Source of the DNA: Candidatus Sericytochromatia bacterium
GTDB lineage: Bacteria > Cyanobacteriota > Sericytochromatia > S15B-MN24 > VGJW01
NCBI GenBank assembly: GCA_035285865.1
Contig: JAYKHS010000007.1
Coordinates: forward strand, 64,001 to 128,000
Direction of reading: 5' to 3'
Length of the DNA: 64,000 nucleotides
Part shown: positions 9,792-20,091 of the stretch, in pieces
Numbering within the stretch: position 1 is the stretch's first letter
How the letters are laid out: every line of letters begins with the position of its first letter
Notes under the pieces: generated by a model
What the model saw: only the letters and a program-made list of their open reading frames with translations
Databases searched by the model: none
Told to the model about the DNA's origin: nothing
Program-made: the position numbers and the translations under genes

Positions 9792-11007
9792 GCAGCTTGG
9801 TGACGACGCCCCTCAGGCCGTCGCCGAACAGGCCCTGGAACATGCTGTTGCCCAGCATGTAGCCCAGCGTGGTGGCGGCGAAGCCGATGGCGAAGAAAGG
9901 CAAGCCGGCCGTGATGCCGAATCCGGCGGCGACGGCCAGAGCGCCGCCCGAGAAGATGGCCCCGAGGCCGCCCCCCACGAACCCCCCCGCCGTATCGGCG
10001 ACGACCGCCCCGATGGTCTCGGGCAGGCCCTGACGGCCCGTCAGCATCATGTAACCGTTCTGCACCAGCGAGAGCACGCCGGCGAAAACACTGGAAACCT
10101 TGGCGGCCTTGAACGCGCCCTGCGCGATCTGCTTGAAGCCGGCCTTGATGACATTCCAATTCCACGGCTTGGCGGCCTTGGCCGCATCGCCGGCTGCCTT
10201 GGCGGCATCCCCGGCAGCCTTGGCTGCGTCTCCCGCCCCCTTGACCGAGCGCCCCGCCTGACCTGCGGCAGCACGGCCGGCATCACCGGCTCCGCGGGCG
10301 GCACTCGTCGGGCCACCCGCCCCGCCGGGGGCAGCCCCGCGCGCGGCACCGGACGCACCCCTTCCGGCCGCAGACGCACCACGGCCTGCAGCAGAAGCGC
10401 CGCTTGCGGCACCACCGCCCGCAGCACCCGACCCTCCACCGGCGGCCATGGGCGGGGATCCGGAGGCCGCACCTGCTCCCTGCGGGGGACGAAGCCAGCG
10501 CGCACGCACGACCTCGACATCCTGAATCCGTTGCATGCCGGCCGGCGTCCTCAGGACACGGCTGTTCGTTACGACACGCTTCCCGAGGTCCTTGGGCAGC
10601 GTGGCCATGCCATCGAGCGCACCACGAACGGGCACGGCACCAGCTGCTCCGCCACGCGCGGCACTGCCCGCCGCCGAGTGCACGGCCCGTCCGGCGTTGC
10701 CCGCAGCCTCGCGAACGGCGGTCGCAGCCCCCCCGGAGCCTGCCTGCCGGGCGGCTTCGACGGCGCGTTCCGCCACGTCACGGATGGGCTGGGCGCTGCC
10801 GCCCACCGAGCCTACGCCCTTGGCTACCGTCTGCCAGCCCTCGATGACCTCGCTGGGCGTGAATACGTCGCGGGCGTGCTGCATCAGCTTTTCGCCGCCC
10901 GGCCCACGCGCGAAGTCGCCCGCCCGTCGACCGGCAGCACCGGCGATGTCCTTGAGCCTCGCCCAAGCACCTTGGGCGAAGTTCGAAAGGCCTTGGCTAT
11001 CCATCAC
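9781..11007 (-). CDS. Gly/Ala-rich protein with hydrophobic glycine-rich C-terminal helices
   Basis: Low-complexity AG/AAKAAGD repeats followed by about 110 hydrophobic residues; stop overlaps the hydrolase start. Confidence 0.7.
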   Translation of the reverse strand: MMDSQGLSNFAQGAWARLKDIAGAAGRRAGDFARGPGGEKLMQHARDVFTPSEVIEGWQTVAKGVGSVGGSAQPIRDVAERAVEAARQAGSGGAATAVREAAGNAGRAVHSAAGSAARGGAAGAVPVRGALDGMATLPKDLGKRVVTNSRVLRTPAGMQRIQDVEVVRARWLRPPQGAGAASGSPPMAAGGGSGAAGGGAASGASAAGRGASAAGRGASGAARGAAPGGAGGPTSAARGAGDAGRAAAGQAGRSVKGAGDAAKAAGDAAKAAGDAAKAAKPWNWNVIKAGFKQIAQGAFKAAKVSSVFAGVLSLVQNGYMMLTGRQGLPETIGAVVADTAGGFVGGGLGAIFSGGALAVAAGFGITAGLPFFAIGFAATTLGYMLGNSMFQGLFGDGLRGVVTKLLGG

Positions 11008-11188
11008 ATGGGTGCTATCCCCGAAATGGCCGGAGAGGTCGGTTAACGAAGCCTCAAACCTGCATTAAGGCTAACCGGACCGAGGTTTGCCGACCCCGGC
11101 AAAACCGTGTTAGCATCGGCCTTGGAGGGCGTCGCAGCCGTGCGTCCGCCCGCGTCGCCCCCGCAGGTCCCGTCCCAGGAGCGCCCCA

Positions 11189-12532
11189 TTGTCCGTCTCG
11201 GAAGTCCAGCGTTACCACACCCTCATCGACGAGGCAGCCTTGCCCGCCTCCGAACTGTCCGCTTTCCTGGACCGCATTCGCGAGGCGCGGGTGACCTTCG
11301 GGGAGCGGGTCAGTTGCCACTACTTCCGGCCCCAGATGCTGACGCCTGCCCAGTACGAGCAGATCCGCCGGGTGGTCCGGCACATCTGGTCCGCCCTCGA
11401 GAAGTTGGCTCCCGTCATCGCGGGGCGCGACGACCTGCAGGATCGCCTGGGCCTGACGCCCCGCGAGCGCGAGTTGGCTGCGATCGACCCGGGCTACCGT
11501 CGGGTCAGTCCGATGGCGCGCTTCGACAGTTTCCTCGTGGACGACCGCCTGAGCTTCGTCGAGCTCAATGCCGAATGCCCTGCCGGGCCGGCCTACACCG
11601 AGGTGCTCGCGGGCGTGTTCCTCGACTGGCCGCTGATGCACAGCTTCCAGCAGGACTTCGACGTGCGTCCATTCGAGACGCGCAGGCGCCTGCGCGAGAC
11701 CCTGCTCGCGACCTATGCCGAGTGGGGCGGAGATGGCAAGCCCGTCATCGCCATCGTCGACTGGAACGACGTGCCCACGTACTCCGAGTTCGAACTGTGC
11801 AAGGAGTATTTCACCTCCGAGGGTCTCGAGACGCACATCGCCGATCCACGGGAGCTGACCTACGACGGCGAGCGCTTGCGCACCAAGGACGGTGTCGCCA
11901 TCGACCTCGTCTATCGGCGGGTCCTGACCAACGAGTTCCTCGAGAAGTTCGACGAAGTGCAGCCGATGCTCGAGGCCTACCGCGACCGCAAGGTCTGCGT
12001 CATCAACCCCTTCCGCAGCAAGTACCTGCACAAGAAGGCCATCTTCGCGCTACTCACGGCCGAGGACCTGCAGCACCTCTTCACGCCCGAAGAACAGAAG
12101 GCCATCCGGGCCCACATCCCCTGGTCGCGCATCCTGACCGAGATCCGCACGGAGCACGACGGCGAGGCCATCGATCTCGTGTCGTGGAGCAAGGCCAATC
12201 GCGAGCGACTGGTGCTCAAGCCCAATGACGAATACGGCGGCAAGGGCATCCACATCGGCTGGACGCTCGATCAGGCCGCGTGGGAACAGGCCGTCGACGA
12301 TGCGGTCGACCAGGATTATCTGGTCCAACAGGCCGTCGAGGTCGCCTACATGGACTTCCCCACGTGGACGGGGGAAGGCCTCGCCTTCCAGCGCCAGCTC
12401 GTCGATCTCGACCCTTATGTCTTCGAGGGCGAGGTAGAGGGCATCCTCACCCGTCTGTCCGCCTCGGCCCTGGCCAATGTCACGGCAGGCGCCGGCATCG
12501 TCCCCACGTTCGTCGTCTCACCACGGAGCTAG
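11189..12532 (+). CDS. Circularly permuted ATP-grasp (type 2) amide ligase
   Basis: ARFDSF...FVELNAECPAG, DLVYRRV, LVLKPNDEYGGKGIHIG, VDLDPY, ANVTAGAG. Confidence 0.85.
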   Translation: MSVSEVQRYHTLIDEAALPASELSAFLDRIREARVTFGERVSCHYFRPQMLTPAQYEQIRRVVRHIWSALEKLAPVIAGRDDLQDRLGLTPRERELAAIDPGYRRVSPMARFDSFLVDDRLSFVELNAECPAGPAYTEVLAGVFLDWPLMHSFQQDFDVRPFETRRRLRETLLATYAEWGGDGKPVIAIVDWNDVPTYSEFELCKEYFTSEGLETHIADPRELTYDGERLRTKDGVAIDLVYRRVLTNEFLEKFDEVQPMLEAYRDRKVCVINPFRSKYLHKKAIFALLTAEDLQHLFTPEEQKAIRAHIPWSRILTEIRTEHDGEAIDLVSWSKANRERLVLKPNDEYGGKGIHIGWTLDQAAWEQAVDDAVDQDYLVQQAVEVAYMDFPTWTGEGLAFQRQLVDLDPYVFEGEVEGILTRLSASALANVTAGAGIVPTFVVSPRS

Positions 12533-12536
12533 ACCC

Positions 12537-13667
12537 ATGTTCGAGCAGTTCACGCTGGGCGTCGAAGAGGAATACCAGATCGTCGATCCCGTCACCCGGG
12601 AGCTGCGCAGCCACATCTCGGTGATGATGGACGAGGGGAGCGTCCTGCTGGGCGAGCACGTCAAGCAGGAGATGCACCAGTCCGTGGTCGAGGTGGGGAC
12701 CGGAATCTGCAAGAATGTCGCCGAGGCCCGGGCCGACGTGGTCAAGCTGCGCCGCATCGTGTCGGACCTGGCCCGCAAGAACGGGTTGGGGATCGCGGCG
12801 GCCGCGACGCATCCGCTCAGCGACTGGGCCCAGCAGGACATCACGGAAGCGCCCCGCTACCACGCCCTCGTCGAGGATCTTCAGGACATCGCCCGCGGCA
12901 ACCTGATCTTCGGGCTGCACGTGCACGTGGGCATCGAGAACAACGACCAAGCCATCGAGTTGTTCAACCAAGCCCGTTACTTCTTGCCGCACATCCTCGC
13001 GCTCTCCTGCAGCTCGCCCTTCTGGGTCGGCCGTAACACCGGCCTGAAGAGCTACCGCTGCTCGGTCTTCAAGCGCTTCCCGCGCACGGGCATCCCGGAT
13101 GCCTTCGAGTCCTACAGCTCGTTCGATCGGTACGTGAAGACCCTCATCGAGACCGAGTGCATCGACAACGGCAAGAAGATCTGGTGGGACCTGCGGCCCC
13201 ATCCGTTCTTCAGCACCATCGAGTTCCGGGTCTGCGACATCCCGACCAGCGTCGATACGACCATCGCCATCACGGCGCTCATCCAGGCCCTCGTCGCCAA
13301 GCTCTACACCTTGCGGACGCAGAACATGCAGTTCCGCGAGTACCCCCGTGCCCTCATCGAGGAGAACAAGTGGCGCGCCAGCCGGTACGGGTTGGACGGG
13401 AAGATGATCGACTTCGGCAAGAACAAGGAAGTCCACACCAAGGATCTGATCCACGAACTGATCCAGTTCGTGGACGACGTGCTGGATCCGCTTGGCTCGC
13501 GTTCCGAGGTCGAAAACATCTACCGCATTCTGGATCAGGGCACCGATGCGGACCGTCAGCTCGAGGTCTTCAGGGAATCGGGCGGTGACGTCAAGGCCGT
13601 CGTCGACCACATTCTGGCACAGACCATGGTGGGCGTCCCCGAGCGGGCGGAGATTCCGCTGCTTTGA
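12537..13667 (+). CDS. ybdK: Carboxylate-amine ligase (GCS2/YbdK family)
   Basis: FTLGVEEEYQIVD, IFGLHVHVG, WWDLRPHPFFSTIEFRVCD, ENKWRASRYG. Confidence 0.92.
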   Translation: MFEQFTLGVEEEYQIVDPVTRELRSHISVMMDEGSVLLGEHVKQEMHQSVVEVGTGICKNVAEARADVVKLRRIVSDLARKNGLGIAAAATHPLSDWAQQDITEAPRYHALVEDLQDIARGNLIFGLHVHVGIENNDQAIELFNQARYFLPHILALSCSSPFWVGRNTGLKSYRCSVFKRFPRTGIPDAFESYSSFDRYVKTLIETECIDNGKKIWWDLRPHPFFSTIEFRVCDIPTSVDTTIAITALIQALVAKLYTLRTQNMQFREYPRALIEENKWRASRYGLDGKMIDFGKNKEVHTKDLIHELIQFVDDVLDPLGSRSEVENIYRILDQGTDADRQLEVFRESGGDVKAVVDHILAQTMVGVPERAEIPLL

Positions 13668-14692
13668 AAACCCGTCTCGACCTCGTGGCCTTCGACGAGG
13701 ATCTCAGGCCTGGTGCCGCGAACGCGGTGCGGACCTGCCTGAAGGTGCGTGAGGGAGAGCGGGTCACGCTGATCACCGATCGGGACACCATGACGGTGGC
13801 CGCGTGTCTCTTCGACGAACTCAAGGCCGTGGGCGCCGACGTGTCGGACTTCGTGGTTGAGGACTACACGCTGCGCCCGATGGGGCATACGCCGCGGGAG
13901 ATCCTGGAGAGTGTCGCCCAGAGCGGGGCCACGCTCTACGCAGTCAAGCCGCGTCCCGGCGAGGTGCCCAGCCGCGCCGAGGTGATCAACCTCGCGACCC
14001 GCAAGAAAGTCCGTTATGGGCACATGGTGGGCATCACGGAGCAGATCATGCGCATGGGCATGCGCGCCGACTTCGATCGCATCAACCGGATGTCGCTCGG
14101 CCTGAGAAGAATGCTCTCGGAGACCCGCGTCATCCGCGTGACCTCACCGGCGGGCACCGACCTCGAGGTCGAGCACGATCCCCTCAAGTACACGTGGATC
14201 AAGACCTCGGGGCTGATCTCGCGGGATGCCTGGGGCAACTTGCCCGGTGGTGAGATTTTCACCCATCCGTCCCTCGTGCGTGGCGTCTGGGTCTGCGACG
14301 GCCCCGCTGGGGACTATTTCAGTTCCAAGTACGGAGACCTGGTCGCAACCCCGATGAAGGTCGAGATCACGAACTCACGCATTCGCAAGGTCTCCTCCGA
14401 CCTCGAGGGTCTGGCGCAGGAGTTCTGGGACTACGTCAACGACGCCCCCAACGCCAACCGCATCGGCGAAGTTGCCGTGGGCACCAACATCGGCGTCACC
14501 GAATTCACCGGCAATCTGCTTCAGGACGAGAAGATTCCCGGTTTCCACATCGCCTTTGGCGAACCCTGCGGGGTGCTGACCGGTGCAGACTGGTCCAGCC
14601 CCGCCCATATCGATCTCCTGGCCCGGGGATGCAACATCTGGCTGGATGGCCAGTGCATCATGGCCGACGGGGTGTTTCTGATCGACGGTTGA
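13664..14692 (+). CDS. Aminopeptidase (M29/AmpS-like)
   Basis: GNLPGGEIF, IGEVAVGTN, LLQDEKIPGFHIAFG, HIDL; overlaps the ybdK stop. Confidence 0.85.
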   Translation: MKTRLDLVAFDEDLRPGAANAVRTCLKVREGERVTLITDRDTMTVAACLFDELKAVGADVSDFVVEDYTLRPMGHTPREILESVAQSGATLYAVKPRPGEVPSRAEVINLATRKKVRYGHMVGITEQIMRMGMRADFDRINRMSLGLRRMLSETRVIRVTSPAGTDLEVEHDPLKYTWIKTSGLISRDAWGNLPGGEIFTHPSLVRGVWVCDGPAGDYFSSKYGDLVATPMKVEITNSRIRKVSSDLEGLAQEFWDYVNDAPNANRIGEVAVGTNIGVTEFTGNLLQDEKIPGFHIAFGEPCGVLTGADWSSPAHIDLLARGCNIWLDGQCIMADGVFLIDG

Positions 14693-14718
14693 TTGGCCCC
14701 AACGGGCACGGAGGAAGC

Positions 14719-15759
14719 ATGGCGAAGCAGAAGAAGACAGTTGCGCTTCTGGTGGGCTGGGAAGAGACCTTCCCCAAGGCCTTCATCGAAGCTGTGAATA
14801 CCAAGGGCAAGGGTGAAGTCGAGGCGGTCTTCGCCAAGGTCGGCGTCACCAAGATGAGCGATGGCAAGGCCTACGACGTCATCGTGGACCGCATCTCGCA
14901 CGAGATCCACATGTACAAGCCGTGGCTCAAGAACCAGGCACTCAAGGGCGCGTACGTCATCAACGACCCCTTCTGGTGGCTGGCCGATGACAAGTTCTTC
15001 GACAACGCGCTGGTCGAGCAGCTGGGCGTGGCCGTGCCCAAGACCGTGGTCCTGCCCTCGTTCACGCCCAATCCGAACACCTCGGACAAGAGCCATCGCA
15101 ACATGATGCTGATGGACTGGGAGGACATCTTCAACTACGTCGGCTTCCCCTGCTTCCTCAAGCCCTACGACGGTGGCGGCTGGAAGCACGTCTACAAGTG
15201 CCGCACGCCCCAGGAAGTCTTCGAGAACTACGCCAAGAGCGGTCAGCTCGTGATGGTCCTGCAGGAAGGCATCGAGTTCGACAGCTACTGCCGCTGCCTG
15301 TGCATCGGCAAGGACACCATCATCCCCATCAAGTACGATCCGGGCGCCAAGGAGCGCACGGGCTTCGGGGCCTATGTCCAGTCCGACGAGTTCGAGAAGG
15401 GACCGCTGGCCGAGCGCATCCTGCGTGACGCCCGGGCGATCAACCACGCGCTGGGCTACGACATGAACTCGGTCGAGTTCGCGATCCGCGACGGCATCCC
15501 TTATGCCATCGACTTCATGAACCCCGCCCCCGACATGGACTTCTACTCGCTGACCGAGCCGTATTTCAAGAAGGTCGTCGACGCCTTCAGCGATTACGTC
15601 ATCGAACTGGCGAAGTCTGGTGCGGGACCCAACACCCGGCACTATCCGTGGCGCGAGCTGCTCAAGACCGGAGGCAAGCTGCCCGCAGTCAAGACGTCCG
15701 TGACGCCCAAGGCGCGCAAGGCCGCGGCTCCCAAGGCCGAAGCCGCCGCGACCAAGTAA
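14719..15759 (+). CDS. RimK/GshB-like ATP-grasp protein
   Basis: ggagg RBS; DRISHE, INDPFWWLADDKF, FPCFLKPYDGGGWK, EFAIRDGIPYAIDFMNPAPD. Confidence 0.85.
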   Translation: MAKQKKTVALLVGWEETFPKAFIEAVNTKGKGEVEAVFAKVGVTKMSDGKAYDVIVDRISHEIHMYKPWLKNQALKGAYVINDPFWWLADDKFFDNALVEQLGVAVPKTVVLPSFTPNPNTSDKSHRNMMLMDWEDIFNYVGFPCFLKPYDGGGWKHVYKCRTPQEVFENYAKSGQLVMVLQEGIEFDSYCRCLCIGKDTIIPIKYDPGAKERTGFGAYVQSDEFEKGPLAERILRDARAINHALGYDMNSVEFAIRDGIPYAIDFMNPAPDMDFYSLTEPYFKKVVDAFSDYVIELAKSGAGPNTRHYPWRELLKTGGKLPAVKTSVTPKARKAAAPKAEAAATK

Positions 15760-15770
15760 AGCCGTCAACC

Positions 15771-15815
15771 GGCCGCCCCTCGTCTGCCCTCAGGCCGGCG
15801 AGGGGCGGCCTTCTT
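15771..15815 (+). terminator. Rho-independent terminator of the ligase operon
   Basis: ggccgcccctcg ... cgaggggcggcc followed by ttctt. Confidence 0.7.
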
Positions 15816-15886
15816 GAAACGGGAGTTGGCCTCGTGCATCGATGCACCCTTGCGGACTTGACCCACAGGTGGTACCACGACGCTCC

Positions 15887-16381
15887 ATGAGCATCGACAT
15901 CCAGCATCACGCCCTTGCCCACCTGACACTCCTGTCCGAGCCTCAACCGCCTGCCTTGGTGCAATCGGTCGCACGGAATCCGGGCACCTCTCCGTGGATG
16001 GCCGCGGCAGCGCCCGTGGTGCTATCCATCGGTTCCGCCGTCGCGTCCGCTCAGGTATGGCCCAGGATGTTTTCCAGCGACGGCAGAGAGAACTGGGCGG
16101 CCGCCAACGCCATCGGAGCCGTGACGGATACGCTGGCCTTCGGTTCCGGGCACTTCCTTGCCGGAGACGTGCCGCGCAGCATCGGCATGGCGCTGGGTGG
16201 CATGGCCGTCAGGCAACTGGCGTGGGCTGGCTTGATGTCGAGCATCTCTCACAACTGGACGGGCGGGTCCACCAAGCAGCCTTGGGACGATGCGGTCATG
16301 GTGGGCTCCCTCGGCTTGCTCGGCCTCGTCTACATCGGCATTCCCGTGGACGCTTGGCAGACCGCTGCCGCAGCACGCTAA
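15887..16381 (+). CDS. Hypothetical membrane protein
   Basis: 164-aa ORF with several hydrophobic segments (GSGHFLAGD...DAWQTA). Confidence 0.55.
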   Translation: MSIDIQHHALAHLTLLSEPQPPALVQSVARNPGTSPWMAAAAPVVLSIGSAVASAQVWPRMFSSDGRENWAAANAIGAVTDTLAFGSGHFLAGDVPRSIGMALGGMAVRQLAWAGLMSSISHNWTGGSTKQPWDDAVMVGSLGLLGLVYIGIPVDAWQTAAAAR

Positions 16382-17006
16382 AGGCAACACGCACGGCGCG
16401 CCATCAAAGCCTGCCAGACCGATTGCTGGGCTGATCCAAGGGTCTTTCTGGAGCGAGCGCGCTTTCTGTCCGCAACAGAACCACAGGTCGTGCATCGCCG
16501 TGGGACCCTCGAGGCAAGTTGCTTGATAGCCACCTACTGAACCTCAACGGCTCAGGGCAGGGTCCCCCCGCCGAACGCGAGTGCGCGAGGCAAGAAAGCT
16601 GTCCCCTTGGATGCATCAGGCGCTTGTGGATAACCGACCGCCGTGTCACACCGACGGTCCACAGGAACCCTTGCCAGAAGTTGGAACCACCCGAACAGAC
16701 AAGGTCCCCGCAGGCAGGCCACGGAAGCCCTCCGGTCGACGGCAGCAACTCGCCTGCGACGCAGGATTCGGCGATCGCGCCCAAAAGCCGGACAATGGGC
16801 GGGCGAGCCACCCTCCAGACGGCCAGGCCGGTGCAGGATTCGCCTTCTTCAATGTTTCTTTTCAGCAGCATAACCTCTCCTTAACGACATTCGTGTCCTG
16901 ACACCGGATAGTGGAAAGGTGCGGCGGACCTGCAACGTTGCCGGCGACGCTTGCCCTCGGGTGTGTTATTAAATTTCCATTGTCCCGACCTTGGGTGCTT
17001 TTCCTG

Positions 17007-17759
17007 ATGCGTGGTTCTCTCTTCAAGTCCCTGCGGCACTGCGGCAGCCTTGCCGTCGTGGGCGCCGTCCTTGTCGGCTGTGGCACGGGATCGACCCTGG
17101 GCGGACCGGATCCCTTCGCCGGCGCCACACCCCCCGCGCCCGAACCGACCATGCTGCCGACGTTCCCCGGTATCGGGCGTGGCGTGCCGGACAATGGCGC
17201 GGCACAGTACTGGGCCCGGGCCGTCAGCCAGGCGCACCAGCAGGTACCCGCCTACACGGCGCAGATGACCTACCTGCAGATTGCCGGCAGCAAGACCGTT
17301 CGTGGCGTCTACGACCTGCGGGGCAAGCGGCCTCGGTTGCTGCGGATCCAGATCCTGCAGGGCGAAGGCCAGGGGACCAAGCTGTCGTGGTCGGGCGGCA
17401 GGACCATCAAGGTACGCGCCGCAGGCCTGCTGAGTGCCATTCCTCTGGATCTGCCCCTGACGGACCCGCGCATCATCTCCCCGCGCGGCTACACACTCGA
17501 CCAGACGGATATCCCGGGTCTGCTCTCCCTGTTGAACCATCCGGCGGCCCAGGTGCAGTTCCTTGGCGAGCAGGGGGGAATGGCAACGCTGCGCATCACG
17601 GGCAGCCACCTGCTCAGCGGCGTGCGCGACATGACCGCCCGTATCAACACCCGCACGGGCTTCGCGTCGAGCGTCGAGATGTCGGACGGACGACAGGTCG
17701 TCTTCCGCATCGAGCTGATGAACTTCCGTCCCGTTCAGGACGTCTCGGTCGAGATCTGA
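17007..17759 (+). CDS. Lipoprotein, possible LolA-like fold
   Basis: Lipobox LVGC; YTAQMTY...GKRPRLLRIQILQGEGQGTKL; has a decayed paralog at 18611-19348. Confidence 0.6.
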   Translation: MRGSLFKSLRHCGSLAVVGAVLVGCGTGSTLGGPDPFAGATPPAPEPTMLPTFPGIGRGVPDNGAAQYWARAVSQAHQQVPAYTAQMTYLQIAGSKTVRGVYDLRGKRPRLLRIQILQGEGQGTKLSWSGGRTIKVRAAGLLSAIPLDLPLTDPRIISPRGYTLDQTDIPGLLSLLNHPAAQVQFLGEQGGMATLRITGSHLLSGVRDMTARINTRTGFASSVEMSDGRQVVFRIELMNFRPVQDVSVEI

Positions 17760-17775
17760 TGCATTGATTGCGGAG

Positions 17776-18595
17776 ATGTCGCCCGAGGTAGCCCTCTGGT
17801 GGGGCCTGATGAGCCTTGCCGGCGTGCTGAACATCGCCCTTTGGCGTGGCTGCGGCCGCGAGGGGATGACACGGGCGGCGAGGACCTGAAGGGTCTTCTG
17901 CACTACCGCGTGTGGCGCTGGATTCTTGCGGGCGGATTCGCACTGGGTTGCGCATCCCGTTCCCGCGCCGATGGCCAGAGGATCGCGATGCTGGACACCC
18001 CGATCGCCAGTGTGGCCGTCGGCCGCAGCATCGCGGCGATAGCCGAGACGATGTTCGTCGCGCAGTGGGCCTTGTTGCTGAACATGTTGGCACGCCATTC
18101 GGGCTCTCGGACCACCCGCGTGCAATCAGGATGTTGGTGCCCATCATCCTGATTGCCGATACTTGCTCCTGGACGGCGGTCCTGACGACCAACTACCAGA
18201 GCAACGTCGGCGAGGAGTCGTTGCGGGCCGCAACGGGCACGCTTTTCGTCGTGGGCTTGGTGGCCTCATGGAGGCGGACACATGCGGGAGCTCGCCCCTT
18301 CGTGACTCCGGCCATCACCCTGAGCGTCCTCTATGTCCTGTACATGGTCACGGTCGACGTGCCCACGTACATCACGCGGTGGCACGCCGACACGCTTGCG
18401 GGCAAGCCACATCTGGATTTGGCGGCCAGGTGGCTCGACGCGACGCGCGTGGTCTTTACCGGACGATTAGAGGACTGGCGGGACGAGATGCCGTGGATGT
18501 CCCTTTACTTCAGCTGTGCCGTCTGGATGAGCCTTGCCATGGTTTGCCTGCCCCGCTTTCCTGGACAATCGCCGAGCAGTGCCACACCGGACTGA
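17776..18595 (+). pseudogene. Frameshifted membrane-protein gene
   Basis: Consecutive hydrophobic segments (MSPEVALWWGLMSL; GRSIAAIAETMFVAQWALLL; WRDEMPWMSLYFSCAVWMS) lie in different frames with an internal stop. Confidence 0.6.
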
Positions 18596-18610
18596 AACCG
18601 GCGCGTCTGC

Positions 18611-19348
18611 CTAGATGTCCAGCGAGACATCCGAAACGGAGCGGAACTGCTTCAGATCATGCGAACCACCGGCTCTCTCGGGTCGCTCATTTCGACGAAT
18701 GCCGCATGACCCGAGCGCGCGTCGATGCCCCGTAGTCATCGATACCATCCCGGACAGCAGGTGGGAGCCGGTGACCTTGAGGTGGGCCAAGCCCGCCTGT
18801 TCACCAAGGAAAGTCACCCGTTCGGACGGATGATTCAGGAGACCGAGCAGTCCGGGAATGTCTATCTGGTCCAAGGTGTCGCCTCGAGGCGAGTTGATAC
18901 GCGGATCGGTCAGGGGCAGATCGATGGCCACGGCACCCAGCAAGCCTGCGGCACGGACCTTGATGGTCTTGCCACCGGCCCACGAGAGTTTGGTGCCATG
19001 GCCGTTCCCCTGAAGAATCTGGATCCGCATCTGGCGGGGACTCTTGCCCCTGAGGTCATAGAGTCCCCGGTACAGCTGACCGTTGGCCTTCTAGAAGTAG
19101 GACATCTGGGCGGTGTAGGCGCGCACGGCCCCGTGCGCCTGGTTCACTCGGCCCCTCCAGTAGGACACGGCCTCTTGGACCGGCGCACCGGGCATCGACG
19201 GCTGGCCGCCGAATTCCGGCAAAGGTGTGGCCACGGGAAGCGTGAGCACGGGATCCGGACGGGCGGGGGACTGACCGCAGGCCGAAAGCAAGGTGGCGGC
19301 CAGTAACGGCCAACCGCGCACCCGCACGGTTGCGAAAAGGAATCTCAC
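18611..19348 (-). pseudogene. Decayed paralog of the 17007-17759 lipoprotein
   Basis: Clear paralogy (YTAQMSYF, GTKLSWAGGKTIKVRAAGLLG, DLPLTDPRI); in-frame TAG at 19091-19093 and two frameshifts near 18660-18730. Confidence 0.85.
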
Positions 19349-19476
19349 GCAAGGTCTTTCACCCTTGAAGGCCGCGCCTTAACACCGTCTTATACATGCA
19401 ATTTCGCTGTTACAAGCCTGTTGCAACACCTTGCAGGTTGTCGGCAGCCCATGGGTTCATCTATATTTAACAATCC

Positions 19477-20091
19477 ATGCGTTACCCGACCACCGTCGTC
19501 CTATCGGCAGCACTGACCCTCGCGCCCCTCGCAGGGTGCGCCAGCGCGAGCCTCGCACCGCCCCCTGCAACGACTGGCGAGATCCGCGTGGCGGCAGCGG
19601 GAGCGGATGCCGTCGAGAGCAAGCTTGGGGTGACTCGCGTGCTGGTCTCGACGGCCGGTGGCACGCACCTCGCTTGGCGTATCCAGGGCGACGACAGGCC
19701 GGTGCTGACTGAATTGTTGACCAATGACTCCCGGACCGACGAACTGGCTTCCGGACTCGCGCTGCTCGCGGCGGACATGTTGATTGCCGGGGCGCGGGCG
19801 TGGCTGGTCTACGCCGCGACGCATCCCGGTAAGGAGTTCGATCGCGAGGCCTGCGTCCGTGCCATCGTGGCCGCCATGGTCGCGCAGGCCGTTTCGACGA
19901 TTCCCGTCGTCGGGGGCGTCCTGAGTGGCCTTTTGCTGCCGATCGTCTTCGCCTGGATCGCGCGGTCTGGCAAGTGGCCGTGGCAGGTCAGGATGCGCGG
20001 CCTGCTCGAGATCGGCGCCCACCTGCACGCGGCCATCGTGAAGGCCCTTGCGGGAGCTGACGCACGTCCTCGTCCCGTGCCCGCCTCGTGA
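19477..20091 (+). CDS. Hypothetical lipoprotein/membrane protein
   Basis: Lipobox LAGC and a hydrophobic segment IPVVGGVLSGLLLPIVFAW; overlaps the next gene. Confidence 0.6.
   Translation: MRYPTTVVLSAALTLAPLAGCASASLAPPPATTGEIRVAAAGADAVESKLGVTRVLVSTAGGTHLAWRIQGDDRPVLTELLTNDSRTDELASGLALLAADMLIAGARAWLVYAATHPGKEFDREACVRAIVAAMVAQAVSTIPVVGGVLSGLLLPIVFAWIARSGKWPWQVRMRGLLEIGAHLHAAIVKALAGADARPRPVPAS

Noticed and set aside
16625..16633. Perfect DnaA box (tgtggataa) in a long intergenic region
   Set aside because: Single box, no cluster or unwinding element, and no dnaA/dnaN nearby.
19091..19093. TAG as pyrrolysine or programmed read-through
   Set aside because: The same gene also carries frameshifts and the paralog has CAG there; ordinary decay explains it.
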